Positions 26,057 to 39,212 of a stretch of DNA of 64,000 nt are shown piece by piece. The stretch comes from Chiloscyllium plagiosum (Eukaryota). The DNA is taken from assembly GCF_004010195.1 (NCBI RefSeq), contig NC_057718.1:76712129-76776128 (forward strand), written 5' to 3'. A model generated the notes under the pieces. That model was not told where the DNA came from. It ran no database searches and worked only from the letters and a program-made list of their open reading frames with translations. The translations under genes were made by a program, and so were the position numbers. Each line of letters begins with the position of its first letter. The first letter of the stretch is position 1.

Positions 26057-27718
26057 GCATAAAGGTGGATAAATCCCCAGGGTCTTTTGCCCGAAACATT
26101 GATCTTCCTGCTCCTCGGATGCTGCATGACTTGCTGTGCTTTTCCAGTACTACTCTAATCTTGACTCTGATCAGATGTACCCTAGAACTCTGTGGGAAGC
26201 TAGGGAAGTGATTGCTGGGCCCTTTGCTGAGATATATATATATCATCAATAGTCATAGGTGAGGTGCTGGAAGTCTGGAGATTGGCTAACATGGTGCCAC
26301 TATTTAGGAAAGATGGTAAGGAAAAGCCAGGGAACTACAGATTGGTGTGCCTGACAGTGGTGGTGGGCAAGTTGTTGGAGAGAATCCTGAGGGACAGGAT
26401 TTGCATGTATTTGGAAAGGCAAGGACTGATTAAGGATAATAAATATGGCTTTGTATATGGGAAATCATGCCTCACTAACTTGATTGAGGTTTTTGAATAC
26501 GTAACAAAGAGGGTTGATGAGGGCAGAGCAGTGAACGCGATCTATATCGACTGCAGTAATGCACTTGACAAGGTTCCTCATGGTAGACTGGTTAGCAAGG
26601 TTAGATCTCATGGAATACAGGGAGAACTAGCCATTTGGATGCAGAACTGGCTCGAAGGTTGAAGACAGAGAGTAGTGGTGGAGGGTTGCCTTTCAGTCTG
26701 GAGGCCTGTGACCAGTGGTGTGTTGCATGGCTTGGTGCTGGGTCCACTGCTTTTCGTCATTTATATAAATGATTGGATGTGAACGTAAGAGGTATCGTTA
26801 ACAAGTTTGTAGATGACACCAAAATTGGAGGTATAGTGTACAGCGAAGAAGGTTACCTCAGAGTACAACAGGATGAGCCAATGGGCTGAGGAGTGGCAAT
26901 TGGAATTTAATTTAGATTAATGCAAGGTGCTGCATTCTGTAAAGGCAAATCAGGGCAGGATTATACACTTAATGGTAAGGTCCTGAGGAGTGTTGCTGAA
27001 GAAAGAGACCTTGGAGTGTAGGTTCATAGTTCTTTGAAAGTGGAGTCGCAGGTAGGTAGGATAGAAGAAGATGTTTGGTACGCTTTCCTTCTTTATTCAG
27101 AGCATTGGTTATTGGTTTTATATATATATCATTTTGCGGCTAGATAGAACATTGGTTAGGCCACTTTTGGAATATTGTGTGCAGTTCTGTTTTCCCTCCT
27201 ATCAGAAGGATATTGTGAAATTTGAAAGGGTTCAGAAAAGATTTACAAGGCTGTTGCCAGGGTTAGAGGATTTGAGCTATAGGGAGAGGCGGAATAACCT
27301 GTGGCTGTTTTCCCTGGAGTGTCGGAGGCTGAGGGGTGACCTTATAGAGGTTTATAAAATCATGAGGGGAATGGATAGGGTAAATAGACAAGGTATTTTC
27401 CCTGGGTTGGGACAGTCCAGAACTAGAGGGCATACGTTTAGGCTGAGAGGGGAAAAATTTAAAAGGGAACAAAGGGACAACTTTTTTCACCCACAGGGTG
27501 ATGTGTATATGGAATGAGCTGCCAGAGGAAGTGGTAGAGGCTGGTACAATTACAGTATTTAAAAAGGATCTGGATGAGTAGATGAATAGAAAGGTTTTAA
27601 ATGGATATGGGCCAAGCACTGGCAAATGTTACTAGATTATGTTAGGATATTTGGTCGGCAGGGACAAATTGGACTAAAGGGTTGGTTTCTGTGCTGTACA
27701 TCTCTATGACTCTATGAC
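26057..27718 (+). mobile_element. CR1 LINE RT plus 3' end, with a PLE terminus inserted at about 26081-26167
   Basis: WRLANMVPLFRK..KPGNYR, SCLTNL, DKVPHGRL, VRPLLEYC; CTATGACT tail. Confidence 0.92.
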
Positions 27719-28659
27719 ATCTGGGTATCATTCGATAAAACTACAATCCTATGAAAGAGTCTGGTGGTCAACAACAGAGCACCATCATCAAAGACCTTTA
27801 CATCTCAAAGACTATTTCTATTTTTAGAGAAAACAAACAAGCTGAACTCCAAAGGACACCTTGATGAATTGTACACATTTGTTGTTGAGGTGATTTAATT
27901 TGAAATAAGTATTTTAGTGTTATCAGATAGAAATGTAATATTCAATTGTTTGGTGTTTGATTTGTGTGTCCAGTAATGTTCTTTATATATAATTAGTTAA
28001 ATCATGATGTGGACATTAAACTGAGGCAAGCTGTTAAAAGCATGAGAGCAGATACTTTAAAGCTTTGAATAAAGTTCTGCTCAGACAGTAAACCTGAAGT
28101 GTATCATCATATCTCTGAAGCAAAGAACACAACAAAAAGGACAAGGAGGAATCCTAAGCAGGTAAAATAAAAATAGAGGAGAACATGCACATACAAGGTG
28201 TGCCACCAACTCACTGCATGTGCTTCTGCCAAATTGCCATATCTCAAAGCCTAAGGTGGGTTGTCCTCAGTAAAATTTATGGAGAATGTTGTCAGTCAGA
28301 ATTAGCAGTTATCGGGGCCTTTGCTGTGCTCGGAAAGTTGTGAAATCAATTGTGGGGATTAGCACATTCTGGGATTTGGAGGAATAATAAAGGGGCAACG
28401 CAACATGAAAGAGTGGGAAGTGATAGTGCTTTGAAGGACATGGATTACTGCGTAGGTGGGGGGGGGGTTCATTGATGGTCACAACTAGTCTGGCTTCAAT
28501 GGGGAGTCAATGCTACAGTGTGATTGGCATGGCTAAGCTGGAAACCTGGGGCTTAGGGTTAATGTTGATAGATGAAGATGTTTGGAGTTGACAAGGATTG
28601 TGAGGAAGAAAGGAACATGGGATTTTGAGGAGGATGGGGATGACAATGGTAATGAATGG

Positions 28660-29010
28660 ACACAGTAGACAGCAAGAAACTTTTTCTCTTGGTGGACCAA
28701 TCAATGGTTAGGGACATAGATTTAAGTACGGTGGCAGCAGGTTTATATGGATGTGAGGAAATATCCTTTCACTCAGAATGGTGGGAATCTGGAAGTCACT
28801 GCCTGTAAGGATGGTAGACACAGAAACTCTCATAACATTTAAGAAGTATTTAGATATACTGTACACTTTTGATGCCAAGTCATACAAGGCCCTGGGTCAA
28901 TTGCTGGAAAATGGCATGAGAATAGTTAGGTAGTTGTTTTTTGACTGGGGGTGTATACTCAATGTGTTGAAGAGACTTTTTCTGTGCTTTTTTTGATTGT
29001 ATGAATCTAA
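28660..29010 (+). mobile_element. CR1 3' end, decayed
   Basis: Resembles the 3' ends of the other CR1 copies. Confidence 0.55.
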
Positions 29011-29539
29011 CCCCCTGCCTGAGGCCGAGTACAGATTCAGTGCAACCCATTCTTTGACCAGCGCTACCGTGGAGTAATGACAGGTCTCCTGAAGGTGAGG
29101 TTCCATTGCTTGGCAAGGTCTGGGGAGGGAGCCAGTGAGGCTTGCAGTACACTCTGCACAGAGTGTGGTTCACAGACCTGTAATGCTCTGCTCAACACAA
29201 CTGAAGCAGCCAGATTAGGAATGTGATGATTGCTGAAGAACTGACAGAGCAGCAACAAGGAGGAAGAGAAGGACCTTGAGTAGCACAATAGAACAGTGCA
29301 GCATTAGGTACAACAAGCCAGACATGACTTAATTAACACCCAGTTCCAAGAGATATGAGCTGAAAGTTGTGATCATTTGTCAACTATAAATTTATTGTTG
29401 ATTGAAAGATAAGTGATCCCTCATTAGTCCCAGAAGCAAATGCAGTATTTTTTCTTTGCTATTTTTCTTCTTCACTTTTGCTGATCTTCAACAAAAGTTA
29501 AAATTTTCAGCCTCTCAAGTATGTAATGACCCAGGTTCC

Positions 29540-30485
29540 CACACCTTTGCCCTTGAACCCTACCCCTCCAACCGCAACAAGGATAGAACGCCTCTGGTCC
29601 TCACCTTCCACCCCATTAATCGCCAAATACAGGGCATTATCCTCCACCATTTCCACCAACTACAATCAGACTCCACCAAAGATATATTTCCCTTTCCACC
29701 CCTATCTGTGTTCCGCTGAGACTATTTCCTCCATGACTCCTCATTAGGTTAACCCCCACCAACCCATCCTCCATACCTTACACCTTCCCCTGCCGCCGCA
29801 GGAGGTGTAAAACCTGCACCAACACCTCCCACCTCACCTGCATCCAAGGTCCCAAAGGATCTTTTCACGTCCAGCAGAGACTTTCCTGCAAATCTACCCA
29901 CCTTATCCATAGCTCTCAATTTGGTCTCCTCTACATCGGGGAGCCAGGATGTCAATTCACGGAGTGTTTAAGGGAACATCTCTGGGACACATGCACCAAA
30001 CAACCCTACCGCACTGCGGCCAATCACTTCAATTCCCCCTCCCACTCCCCTAAGGACATGCAAGTCCTGGGCCTCCTCCACTGCCAAATCGAAGTCACCC
30101 CACCAACTGGAAGAAGAATGCCTTATCTTCCATCTTGGGACCATTCAATCACACAGCATCAACACTGCCTTCACCAGTTTCCAAATCTCCCCTCCCCCAA
30201 CCTCATCCCAAATCCAACCGTCCAACTCAACACCACCCTCTTGACCTGTCCATCTTCCTTCCCACCTATCCGCTCCACCCTCCCCACCAACCTATCACCT
30301 TTACCTCATACCCGCATCCACCTATTGCCTTCTCAGATACTTTTCCCCCAGCCCCACCTCACCCACCTATTTATCTCTCAGCCTTCTTCCCCCTACACAT
30401 TCCTGATGAAGGGTTTATGGCCGAAACATTGACTCTCTGTCCCTCGGATGCTGCCTGACCTGCTGTGCTTTTCCAGCGCCACACT
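29540..30485 (+). mobile_element. Penelope-like element 3' part (thumb, GIY-YIG, terminus)
   Basis: NKDRTPLVLTFHP, CTCTACATCGGGGAG (LYIGE), DMQVLGL; terminus CTGATGAAGGGTTTATGGCCGAAAC. Confidence 0.88.
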
Positions 30486-31429
30486 TATCAACTCATTCTG
30501 CCAAGCATGATGTGCATTTCTTTTATGTTTTCTTGATTTATAAATGTGAACAATAAATTGGAAATGGCTGTGACTACACCTGGTGTAGTTAGAGTTAGTG
30601 TTTGTTTTCTGTCCCAACATTTGAGCTTTACTTCTGATGGATAAGGGACCCTACAAGGGCCAATAGCTTGACTGCAACCACTGCACAACTATGAAGCATG
30701 CAAATACCAGTCTAAAGAAATCTCAACCATGTCAATTATCATTGCATATTGAAGTCTTTTCTGAGAAGCACAGTAGTCACAGGTGATCTTAAAAGTAGCA
30801 CTCTCAGGCCACAAAGTGCAAAGCTAATGCAAGGTTTCAGGGGCATGGATCTGGTTTCCTAACACCTTGAACTGAAGTATAATGCAACATGCAACAACTG
30901 GATGCTTTTCCTTGGGTGGTGTCGGGCTGGGATTCATGCAGCAATTCCAAACTCTTACAATATCTTTGAGACATGACTCCTGATGTATTTTTCAGAATAA
31001 GGTCCCATGTCAAAGTACCATGTAGAAGCACTCCTTGCTAGAGTGCTCTATGTCCCACCGTTTGTTGGAGTATGATAAACCATCATTTGTGACTAATTTG
31101 AATTGCTAATTGCTCACATTACTGAAGACATGTACTAAAGACTAAATAGGGTTGTTACAATCATGACTGATGGATCCAGCAGGGGTTATCAGTTGCTACT
31201 GCAAGCTCAGGACTAGCAGCAACCTTCAGGAGATGCTGAATAGCCTTCACATTAAAGAGGTCTTAGCTGAAGGGTACCTCAGGATGCTAAGGAGATATAG
31301 AAGGTCAGAATGTAACATCTTCAATGCCATTTTCTCCAGATGACAGAGACACTGTCCTATGACACTGTCACAGGACTAAGCCAGGTTTTGTGGTGGGACC
31401 GATCATCTGAGGGAGTGGGTGGCCATCTT

Positions 31430-32120
31430 TCATTTATTCATTCACAGAATGAGAACTTCACTGGCTAGACCAGCATTTATTTCTCATCCCTAATTGCCCA
31501 GAGGGTATTTACAAATCAATCACTTTGCTCTGCATCTGGAGTCACATCCAGGCCAGACCAGGTAAGGATCCTAAAGGACATTAGTGAATCAGATGAATTT
31601 TTCCAACAATCAACGATGATTTCACGGTCATCATTAGACTTATTTTCTTGAATTCAACTTCCATCACCTAACATTAGATTAGATTAGATTAGATTACAGT
31701 GTGGAAACAGGCCCTTCGGCCCAACAAGTCCACACCGACCTGCCGAAGCGAAACCCACCCATACCCCTACATTTACCCCTTACCTAACACTACGGGCAAT
31801 TTAGTATGGCCAATTCACCTGACCTGCACATCTTTGGACTGTGGGAGGAAACCGGAGCACCCGGAGGAAACCCACGCAGACACGGGGAGAATGTGCAAAC
31901 TCCACACAGTCAGTCGCCTGAGTCGGGAAATGAACCCGGGTCTCTGGCGCTGCGAGGCAGCAGTGCTAACCACTGGGCCACCGTGCCGCCCACGAGCCAC
32001 CGTGCCGCCCACGAGCCACCGTGCCGCCCACATGTTGGGATTTGAACCTGCGACTTCAGAACATTACCTGGGTTGTGAGATTAACAGTCTAGCAATAATA
32101 CCACAAGCCATTGCCTTCTC
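31430..32120 (-). mobile_element. SacSINE1/Deu-SINE-like element interrupted by an HE1 SINE
   Basis: Deu-domain-like CCAGACCAGGTAAGGAT..CTAAAGGACATTAGTGAA; continues after 32030 with GGGATTTGAACC (B box, minus strand). Relatives at about 56555-56850 and 37010-37140. Confidence 0.7.
31674..32031 (-). mobile_element. Young HE1/V-SINE with triplicated 5' head
   Basis: Near-identical to 14653-14985; 19-nt unit repeated three times at 31977-32031. Confidence 0.9.
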
Positions 32121-32149
32121 ATATCTCGAAGACCATCAAGGTGACACCT

Positions 32150-32950
32150 GAATTGACACTGATTTATATACAAATTACTTCTACCAAGAATCCACTGGAT
32201 ACATGCATGGACCTCTCAATCACCCACCCACAAATGTAACTAGGCTATTACTGATGCCATTTGTGCCAGATCAACGTCGCATTTCATTTCCCTGAGATCA
32301 GTGCTGCTCTTGGGTAATGTCAACATGGGAGTTGGCTTCTCCCATGTGCATGGCATGATAGATTGTACACCCATTTCTCTTAGAGCCCTATAACACAAAG
32401 CAGCTGAGTTCATAAACAAAAAGGATTCCATTCCACCAATTCATAAGTCATCTATGTTCATCGATATCACATAGAAGATGCCCTGGTGTTTATATCCTTG
32501 ACAGTTCTTGGTGTTCCTACTGTGTTTGAAGAGTCAGGTGCCTTAGAAGGATAGTTACTGGTGGTCAAACACTACCCTCTGTAATCACAACTGATGATTC
32601 CATTACAACCCCTTGAGTGAGTCTGAGCATAGACACAATGCAGTTCACTCTTTGACCCAGAGCTATGGTGGTGTATACAACAAGCCTCCTGAAAATGAAG
32701 TTCTGATGCTTGCATCAGTCTGTGTAGCCTCAGAGTGTACACCAGATAGGGCATGCTGCATTATCCTTGGATGCTGTGCTCTGAAACAAAATGTCCGGCA
32801 AAAAGTGGTTGTAATGGATACTGATGAGCTGGGAGAGTGGGGGAGGTCTACTGAGGAAAATGAGGACATTGAGTAGGAGGAACACCACCTTCAGCATGAT
32901 AAAGTGCAGCAATGTCAGACACAAGCCAGACAGAGTTTAATTGACACCTT
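32150..32950 (+). mobile_element. PIF/Harbinger (HARBI1-like) DDE transposase remnant
   Basis: Reads GFSHVHGMIDCTPISLRAL*..EFINKK, G*LLVVKHYPL*SQLMIPL, EHRHNAVHSLT, CTPDRACCIILGCCAL, matching the Harbinger motif order GAIDCT / NRKG / GDKGYPL / YN..H / CC.LHN. Confidence 0.8.
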
Positions 32951-33220
32951 GCTCAAAAAGATGTAAGTTGGGTGCAATGATCATTCAGATACTGCAAAAA
33001 TTTTGTGCTCAAAAGACAAGCAGTTTGTTTCTATTCCAAAAGCTAAATGCAGCTTCCTTGTTTATTTTCTGTTAGTTATTGCTATGATTAAATATAAGGT
33101 TAAAAGCTTTCCTACATGTGATCAGCCCACATTGAACAATATGAAGATACTAGGCGAAAGTGGGCATTGTGGAAAGAGGGGCAGTCACTTGGCCACATCT
33201 CATCTTACTATCACTCTAAT

Positions 33221-33656
33221 GTCAGAAAGTCACAAGACACCAGGTTATAGTCCAACAGGTTTATTTGAAATTGCAAGCTTTTGGAGAATTGTCCCTTTAT
33301 CAGGTGGAGTGAAGAGAAGCACTCAGGCACAGACCTTATAATCAGAGAGATCAAACATCACACAAATGATGTGAATGGAGTGATGACCAGCTGAATAATA
33401 GGTCCCTGCAGGTGATTGAGAGTGTCAGACTGTGTGAGTAGAGTGTCAACAACTGAATAGCAGGTGAAGGGATGACCTATAATCTGATTAATTAAGGTAG
33501 AGAGATAATTACAAAATTCTTCACTCCACCTGATGAAGGAGCAGTGCTCCAAAAGCTTGTGATTTCAAATAGACCTGTTAGACAATAACCTGGTGCCATG
33601 TTACTTCTGACCTTGCCACCCAAGTCAATCATCTGCACCTCCACATCATGGCTACC
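33221..33656 (+). mobile_element. Second-family Penelope-like fold-back element
   Basis: Imperfect inverted arms at about 33221-33315 and 33518-33611 plus a 3' tail; CTGATGAAGGAGCAGTGCTCCAAAAGCTT at 33530-33558. Confidence 0.7.
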
Positions 33657-35260
33657 TCTTGAAGATGTGTTTTGGTGATTAAACAGTGATAGATGGTGGA
33701 ATCTGAATAGAATTAGAATCTGAAATGTGTCCCCAAAGGATACAGTCAAATCAACCTGTTCAGAGATGTTATTCTGCACCTCCGGAACAGGCAGGACTTG
33801 AACCCAGGCTTCCCAGTCCAGGGGTAGAGACATTACCACTGCACCACAAGAGGAACCCCACTGGGTCTAATTTATTTATGTTTACAGGGGTGGGGAAACT
33901 AGAACTGTGCTACTGACTTGGAAACATATTGCCTTACCTTCATTGTCATTGGGTCAAATCCTGGAATTCCCTCCTAAGGGCATTGTGGTCTACCTACAGC
34001 ACATGGACTGCAGCAGTTCAGAAATACAACCCACCACCTTCCCAAGAACATCTAGGAATAGGAAATAAATGCAGTGATGCTCATGTTCCACAGATGAATG
34101 AAAAAATGGATATTAAGGTGGAAAATGTAACTGCTAGCAATAGTTTGTGGGTGGTTAAAGTACAAGTTGTCATAGAACTGACAGAAGAGGTTATGCAGAC
34201 CTCTAAAATGTCTGCCAGTAAGCAAAATTGCTTTTCCTCTGACTGGAAAAGAACTCAGGCAAAAATCCCCGTCCGACTGAACCAGCTACCAAATTGAAGA
34301 TCACAAAAGTTGATAACAATGTGATATAATTGACAAAGATGTAAAAGAAACTGAGAAAGTCCACCTCATTTCTCCTTTGTAGTTTGGTCTTTGATCCACA
34401 GACTTGGTATGTTTTTGCTTATACTTTCCACCCACAATACTTCTGCTTGAACTGGTTGTCTCATCTGCCTTGCTCATCCAATGAGTGAACAAATGTGTGC
34501 TTAGATTTATAGGTACATAAAGAGGACATCTTTTTATTTTCTTTATTTTTGGACTGTTGACCAGAACTAAAAAGGAAGATACTGCTTTAACCAAGGAGAT
34601 AGCAGCAATGTTTTTGCACAGTTTTAAAAACCATATTTACTGGTTGTGAGTTGCACACACGTTACGTTTTTCCTGGAACGGAAGTAGAAACCATGGAGCC
34701 GATAAGGTCTGAACGAAAGGAAACCTGATTGACAGTGATGTTCTGATTGGATTTTGAACAAGTGACCATAGCTTCTATGAAACCAAGTAAAGCAAAGAAT
34801 CACCTAGCCTACAAACGGAAAACATGAAAAAAAACTCTCTTGTGTGAAGGTATAAGAAAATCTCCAGGAACAGTTAATTATCTTCAACTCACCTTTCTCT
34901 GCCAATCTCTTGTAGAAGGAGGAATAAAATGACTTTAACACCAGTGAAAGGATGAATTCTCAACCAGTGAATGAGTGTATCAGTGTGCAAAAGACCATGT
35001 GTAAACGACAAAGAATTAGAAAGGAAGTGAAAGTAAGAGAAAGAAAGCAACTTGGTGTCTTCTGGTGCCATTGAACTATGTTTCCCTGATTGTTTTTTAC
35101 TTTTTCCACCTTAATATCCATAGACCCACAATGCCTTTAGGGAGGGAATTCCAGGAATTTTGACCCAGTGACAATGAAGGAAAGGCAATATGTTTCCAAA
35201 TCAGGATAGTGAGTGGCTTGCAGGGGGGCTTGCAGGTGGTGGTGTTTCCAAGTATCTATG

Positions 35261-35814
35261 ACAATAGACAATAGACAATAGGTGCAGGAGTAGGCCATTC
35301 TGCCCTTTGAGCCTGCACCGCCATTCAATATAATCATGGCTGATCATTCCTAATCAGTATCCTGTTCCTGCCTTATCTCCATAACCCTTGATTCCACTAT
35401 CTTTGAGAGCTCCATCCAACTCTTTCTTAAATGAATCCAGAGAGTGGGCCTCCACTGCCCTCTGGGGCAGAGCATTCCACACAGCCACCACTCTCTGGGT
35501 AAAGANNNNTCCGTCAATAGCCAGAATGTCTTTCCTCAGATTTGGAGACCAGAACTGCACACAGTACTCCAGGTGTGGTCTCACCAGGGCCCTGTACAGC
35601 TGCAGAAGCACCTCTTTGCTTCTATACTCAATTCCTCTTGTTATGAAGGCCAGCATGCTATTAGCCTTCTTCACTACCTGCTGTACCTGAATGCTTGCCT
35701 TCAATGACTGGTGTACAAGAACACCCAGATCTCTCTGTACTGCCCCTTTACATAATTTGAATCCATTGAGGTAGTAGTCTGCCTTCCTGTTCTTGCTACC
35801 AAAATGGATAACCA
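35261..35814 (-). mobile_element. Young CR1 3' fragment
   Basis: Open ORF 35354-35815 (QRDLGVLV, LYRALVRPHLEYCVQFWSP); (CTATTGT)n tail; TATCTA on both flanks; small N gap at 35506-35509. Confidence 0.9.
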
Positions 35815-36271
35815 TATCTACTCCTCTTGTCCTTCTAGATTGAAGTAATCATGAGTTTGGAAGGTGCAATCTAAAGATCTTTGGTGAATTTCTGCAATGC
35901 ATCTTGCAGATAGTACACACTGCTGCTACTGAACATCAGTGATGCTTGTGAATGCTTGAGGATGTGGTGCCAATCGAGTGGGCTGCTTTGTCCTGAATAG
36001 TATCAAGCTTCTCAAGTGTAGAGCTGCATCCATTCAATCAAGTGTAGGGTATTTCTTGTGTCTTATAGTGGTGGACAGGACTTGGGAAGTCAGGGGGTGA
36101 GCTACTTGTCACAGTATTCTAGCTTTTGACCTGCTCTTATATTCATATGGCACCAAGTCTAGTTGCGTTTCTGGTCAGCCGTAACCCCAGGATGTTGATA
36201 ATGAGGAATTTAGTTATGGTAATACCATTGAATGTCAAGGGTTGATAATGAGATTGTCTCTTACTGGACAT

Positions 36272-36464
36272 TGAGAGAAAGTGAGGACTGCAAATGCTGA
36301 AGATCAGAGTCAAAGAGGGCAGTGCTGGAAAAGCACAGCCAGTCAGGCAGCATCCGAGGAGCAGGAGAGTTGATATTTCAGGCATAAGCCCTTCATCAAG
36401 TCGACTCTCCTGTTCCTCGGATGCTGCCTGACCAGCTGTGCATTTCCAGCACCACACTCTTTGA
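36272..36464. mobile_element. Fold-back Penelope-terminus mini-element
   Basis: Imperfect inverted arms; TSD CTCTTACTGGACAT at 36258-36271 and 36465-36478. Confidence 0.88.
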
Positions 36465-37179
36465 CTCTTACTGGACATAGCCCAGCATTTGCGTTGCATG
36501 AATGTTACATGCCACTTGTCAGCCCAGGCCTGAATATTGCTATTGATCTTGTTACATTTGAAAATGGACTGCTTCAGTAACTGAGGAATCACAAATAGTG
36601 CTGAACATTGTGCAATCATCAGCGAACATCCCTACTCATTGAACGTTGTGGTGGGAAGGTCATTGTTGAAGCAGCTGAAGATGGTTTGACCTTGGACACT
36701 ACCCTGAGGAACTCCTGCAGAGATATCCTGAAGCTGAGATGACTGACAAACAACAACTAATCACCTTCCTATGTGCCAGCTATGACTCCAACCAGCAGAG
36801 AGTTTTGCTCTAATTCCCATTGACAAAGGGTTTGCGAGGGCTCATTGGTACCACACCTGGTTGAATGCAGCCTTGATTTCAAGGGCAGTCATTCTCACCT
36901 CTGGAATTCAGCTCTTATGTCTGTGTTTAAACTAAAGCTGTAATGAGGTCAAGAGCTGAGTTGCTGTAGTGGAGCTCAACTGAGTGTCAGCGAACTTGTA
37001 CAAGATGAGGAGACAATAGCCTAGTGGTATTATCGCTGTTGACCCAAGGACGTAGGCAATATTCTGGGGACCTGCTTTCGAATCTTATCATAGTACATGG
37101 TGGAATTTGAATTCAATAAATACCTGAAATTAATGAGGGGCTTTTATGTCTTGACTGTGAATACTTGCCAATTGCTCTG

Positions 37180-37468
37180 GGTGGCACGGTGGCTCAGTGG
37201 TTAGCACAGCTGCCTCACAGCACCAGGGTCCCAGGTTCAATCCCAGCCTTGGAGTATGGAGTTTGCACATTCTCCCCGTGTCTGCGTGGGTTTCCTCCGG
37301 GTGCTCTGGTTTCAGTTCAAGGATGTGCAGGTCAGGTGAATTGGCCATGTTAAATTGCCCATAGTGTTACGTTCATTAGTCAGAAGGAGTGGTGGGTTGC
37401 TCTTCGGAGGGTCAGTGTGGACTTGTTGAGCCGAAGGGCCTGTTTCCACTCTGGAGGGAATCTAATCT
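37180..37468 (+). mobile_element. HE1/V-SINE
   Basis: GGCACGGTGGCTCAGTGGTTAGC head, V-domain, AATCTAATCTA tail. Confidence 0.88.
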
Positions 37469-37470
37469 AC

Positions 37471-39212
37471 ACAGAGCATAGAATGTTACGGCACAGCACA
37501 GGCCCTTCAGCCCTTGATGTTGCACCGACCTGTGAAATTAATCTGATGCCCATCAAACCTAGGAGAAAGTGAGGACTGCAGATGCTGGAGATCCTGCTCC
37601 TTGGATGCTGCCTGACCTGCTGTGCTTTTCCAGCAACATATTTTCAGCCCATCAAACCTACACCATTCCATTATTATCCACATATATGTCCATGCCCATT
37701 TAAATGTCCTTAACGTCGGCGAGTCTACTACTGTTGCAGCAAGCTGTTCCATGTCCCTACTACTCTCCGAGTAAAGAAACTACCTCTGATATCTGTCCTA
37801 TATCTATCAACCCTCAATTTAAAGCTACGTCCCCTCGTGTTAGCCTTAACCATCAGAGGAAAAAGGCTCTCACTGTCCGCCCTATCTAACCCTCTGATTA
37901 TCTTATATGTCTCGATTAAGTCACCTCTCAACCTTCTTCTCTCCAACAAAAACAGCCTCAGTTCCCTCAGCCTTTTCTCATAAGACTTTCCTTCCATACC
38001 AAGCAACATCCTAGAATCTCCTCTGAACCCTTTGCAAAGCTTCCACATCCTTCCTATAATGTGGTGACCACACTGTAGCAATACTTCAGGTGTGGCCTTA
38101 CCAATAGTTTTGTACAGCTGAAGCATAACCTTGTGGCTCTGAAACCCAATTCCCCCTACCAATAAACACCATCACACCATATGCTTCTTAACAACCCTAT
38201 CAACCTGGGTGGCAACTTTCAGGGATTTATGCACCTAGACACCGAGATATCTCTGTTCATCTACACTGCCAAGAATTTTACCATTAGCCACTCTGCATTC
38301 CTGTTATTTCTTCCAAAGTGAACTGCCTCACACTCTTCCGCATTAAGCTCCATTTGCCACTTCTCCACCCAGCTCTGCATCTTATCTATGTCCCTTTGTA
38401 ACCCACAACATCCTTCCGCACTATCCACAACTCTGCCTACCTTAGTGTCATCTGCAAATTTACTAACCCATCCTTCTACACCCACATCCAGATCATTTAT
38501 AAAAATGACAAACAGCAGTGGCTCCAAAATAGATCCTTGCGGCACACCACTGGTAACTGAGCTCCAGGATGAACATTTCCCAACTACCACCGCCCTCTGT
38601 CTTCTTTCAGCTAGCCAATTTCGGATTCAATTCGCGAAATCACCTTCAATCCCGAAACTCCATATTTTGTACAACAGCCGACTGTGTGGAACCTTATCAA
38701 ATGTCTTACTGAAGTCCATATACACCGCATCAACCGCTTTACCTTCATCCACCCGTTTTGTCACTTTCCGACGAACTCAATAGGGTTAGTTAGGGTTAGT
38801 TAGTGACCTACCCTTCACAAAACCATGCTGACTGTCCATAATCAAATTATTCCTTTCCAGATGTAAATCCTACCTCTAATAACCTTTTCCGACAGCTTAC
38901 TCACAACTGAAGTAAGGCTCACTGGCCTATAATTACCTGGGTTGTCTTGACACCCCTTCTTACACAAGACATTTGCTATCCTCCAGTCTTCTGGCACTAC
39001 TCCTGTTGACAATGATGACATAAAGATCAAAGCCAAAGACTTTGCAATCTCCTCCCTGGCTTCCCAGAGGATCTGAGGATAAATCACATCCAGCCCAGGG
39101 GTCTTATCTATTTTAGATCTTTCAAAATTGTTAAAACCTCCTTGTTGTCAACCACAATCCCACCTAATTTAGTAGCCTGTATCTCCATATTCTCACTAAC
39201 ATTGCCCTTTTC
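37471..39212 (-). mobile_element. CR1 LINE RT plus 3' end, containing a PLE mini-insert at 37562-37646
   Basis: PEDWRIANV..NPGNYRPVSLTS, SGVPQGSIL, SKFADDTKV, ERRRLRGDLIETYKI; the insert is flanked by GCCCATCAAACCTA at 37548-37561 and 37647-37660. Confidence 0.92.

Larger units (their letters stand above)
35130..37000 (-). mobile_element. L2/CR1-group LINE fragment hosting two younger insertions
   Basis: ORF 36143-36619 has NIQAWADKWHVTF...KCWAM...INILG; interrupted by a CR1 (35261-35814) and a PLE mini-element (36272-36464). Confidence 0.7.

Noticed and set aside
31977..32031. Short direct repeats as a CRISPR-like array
   Set aside because: No spacers, eukaryotic context, part of a SINE junction.
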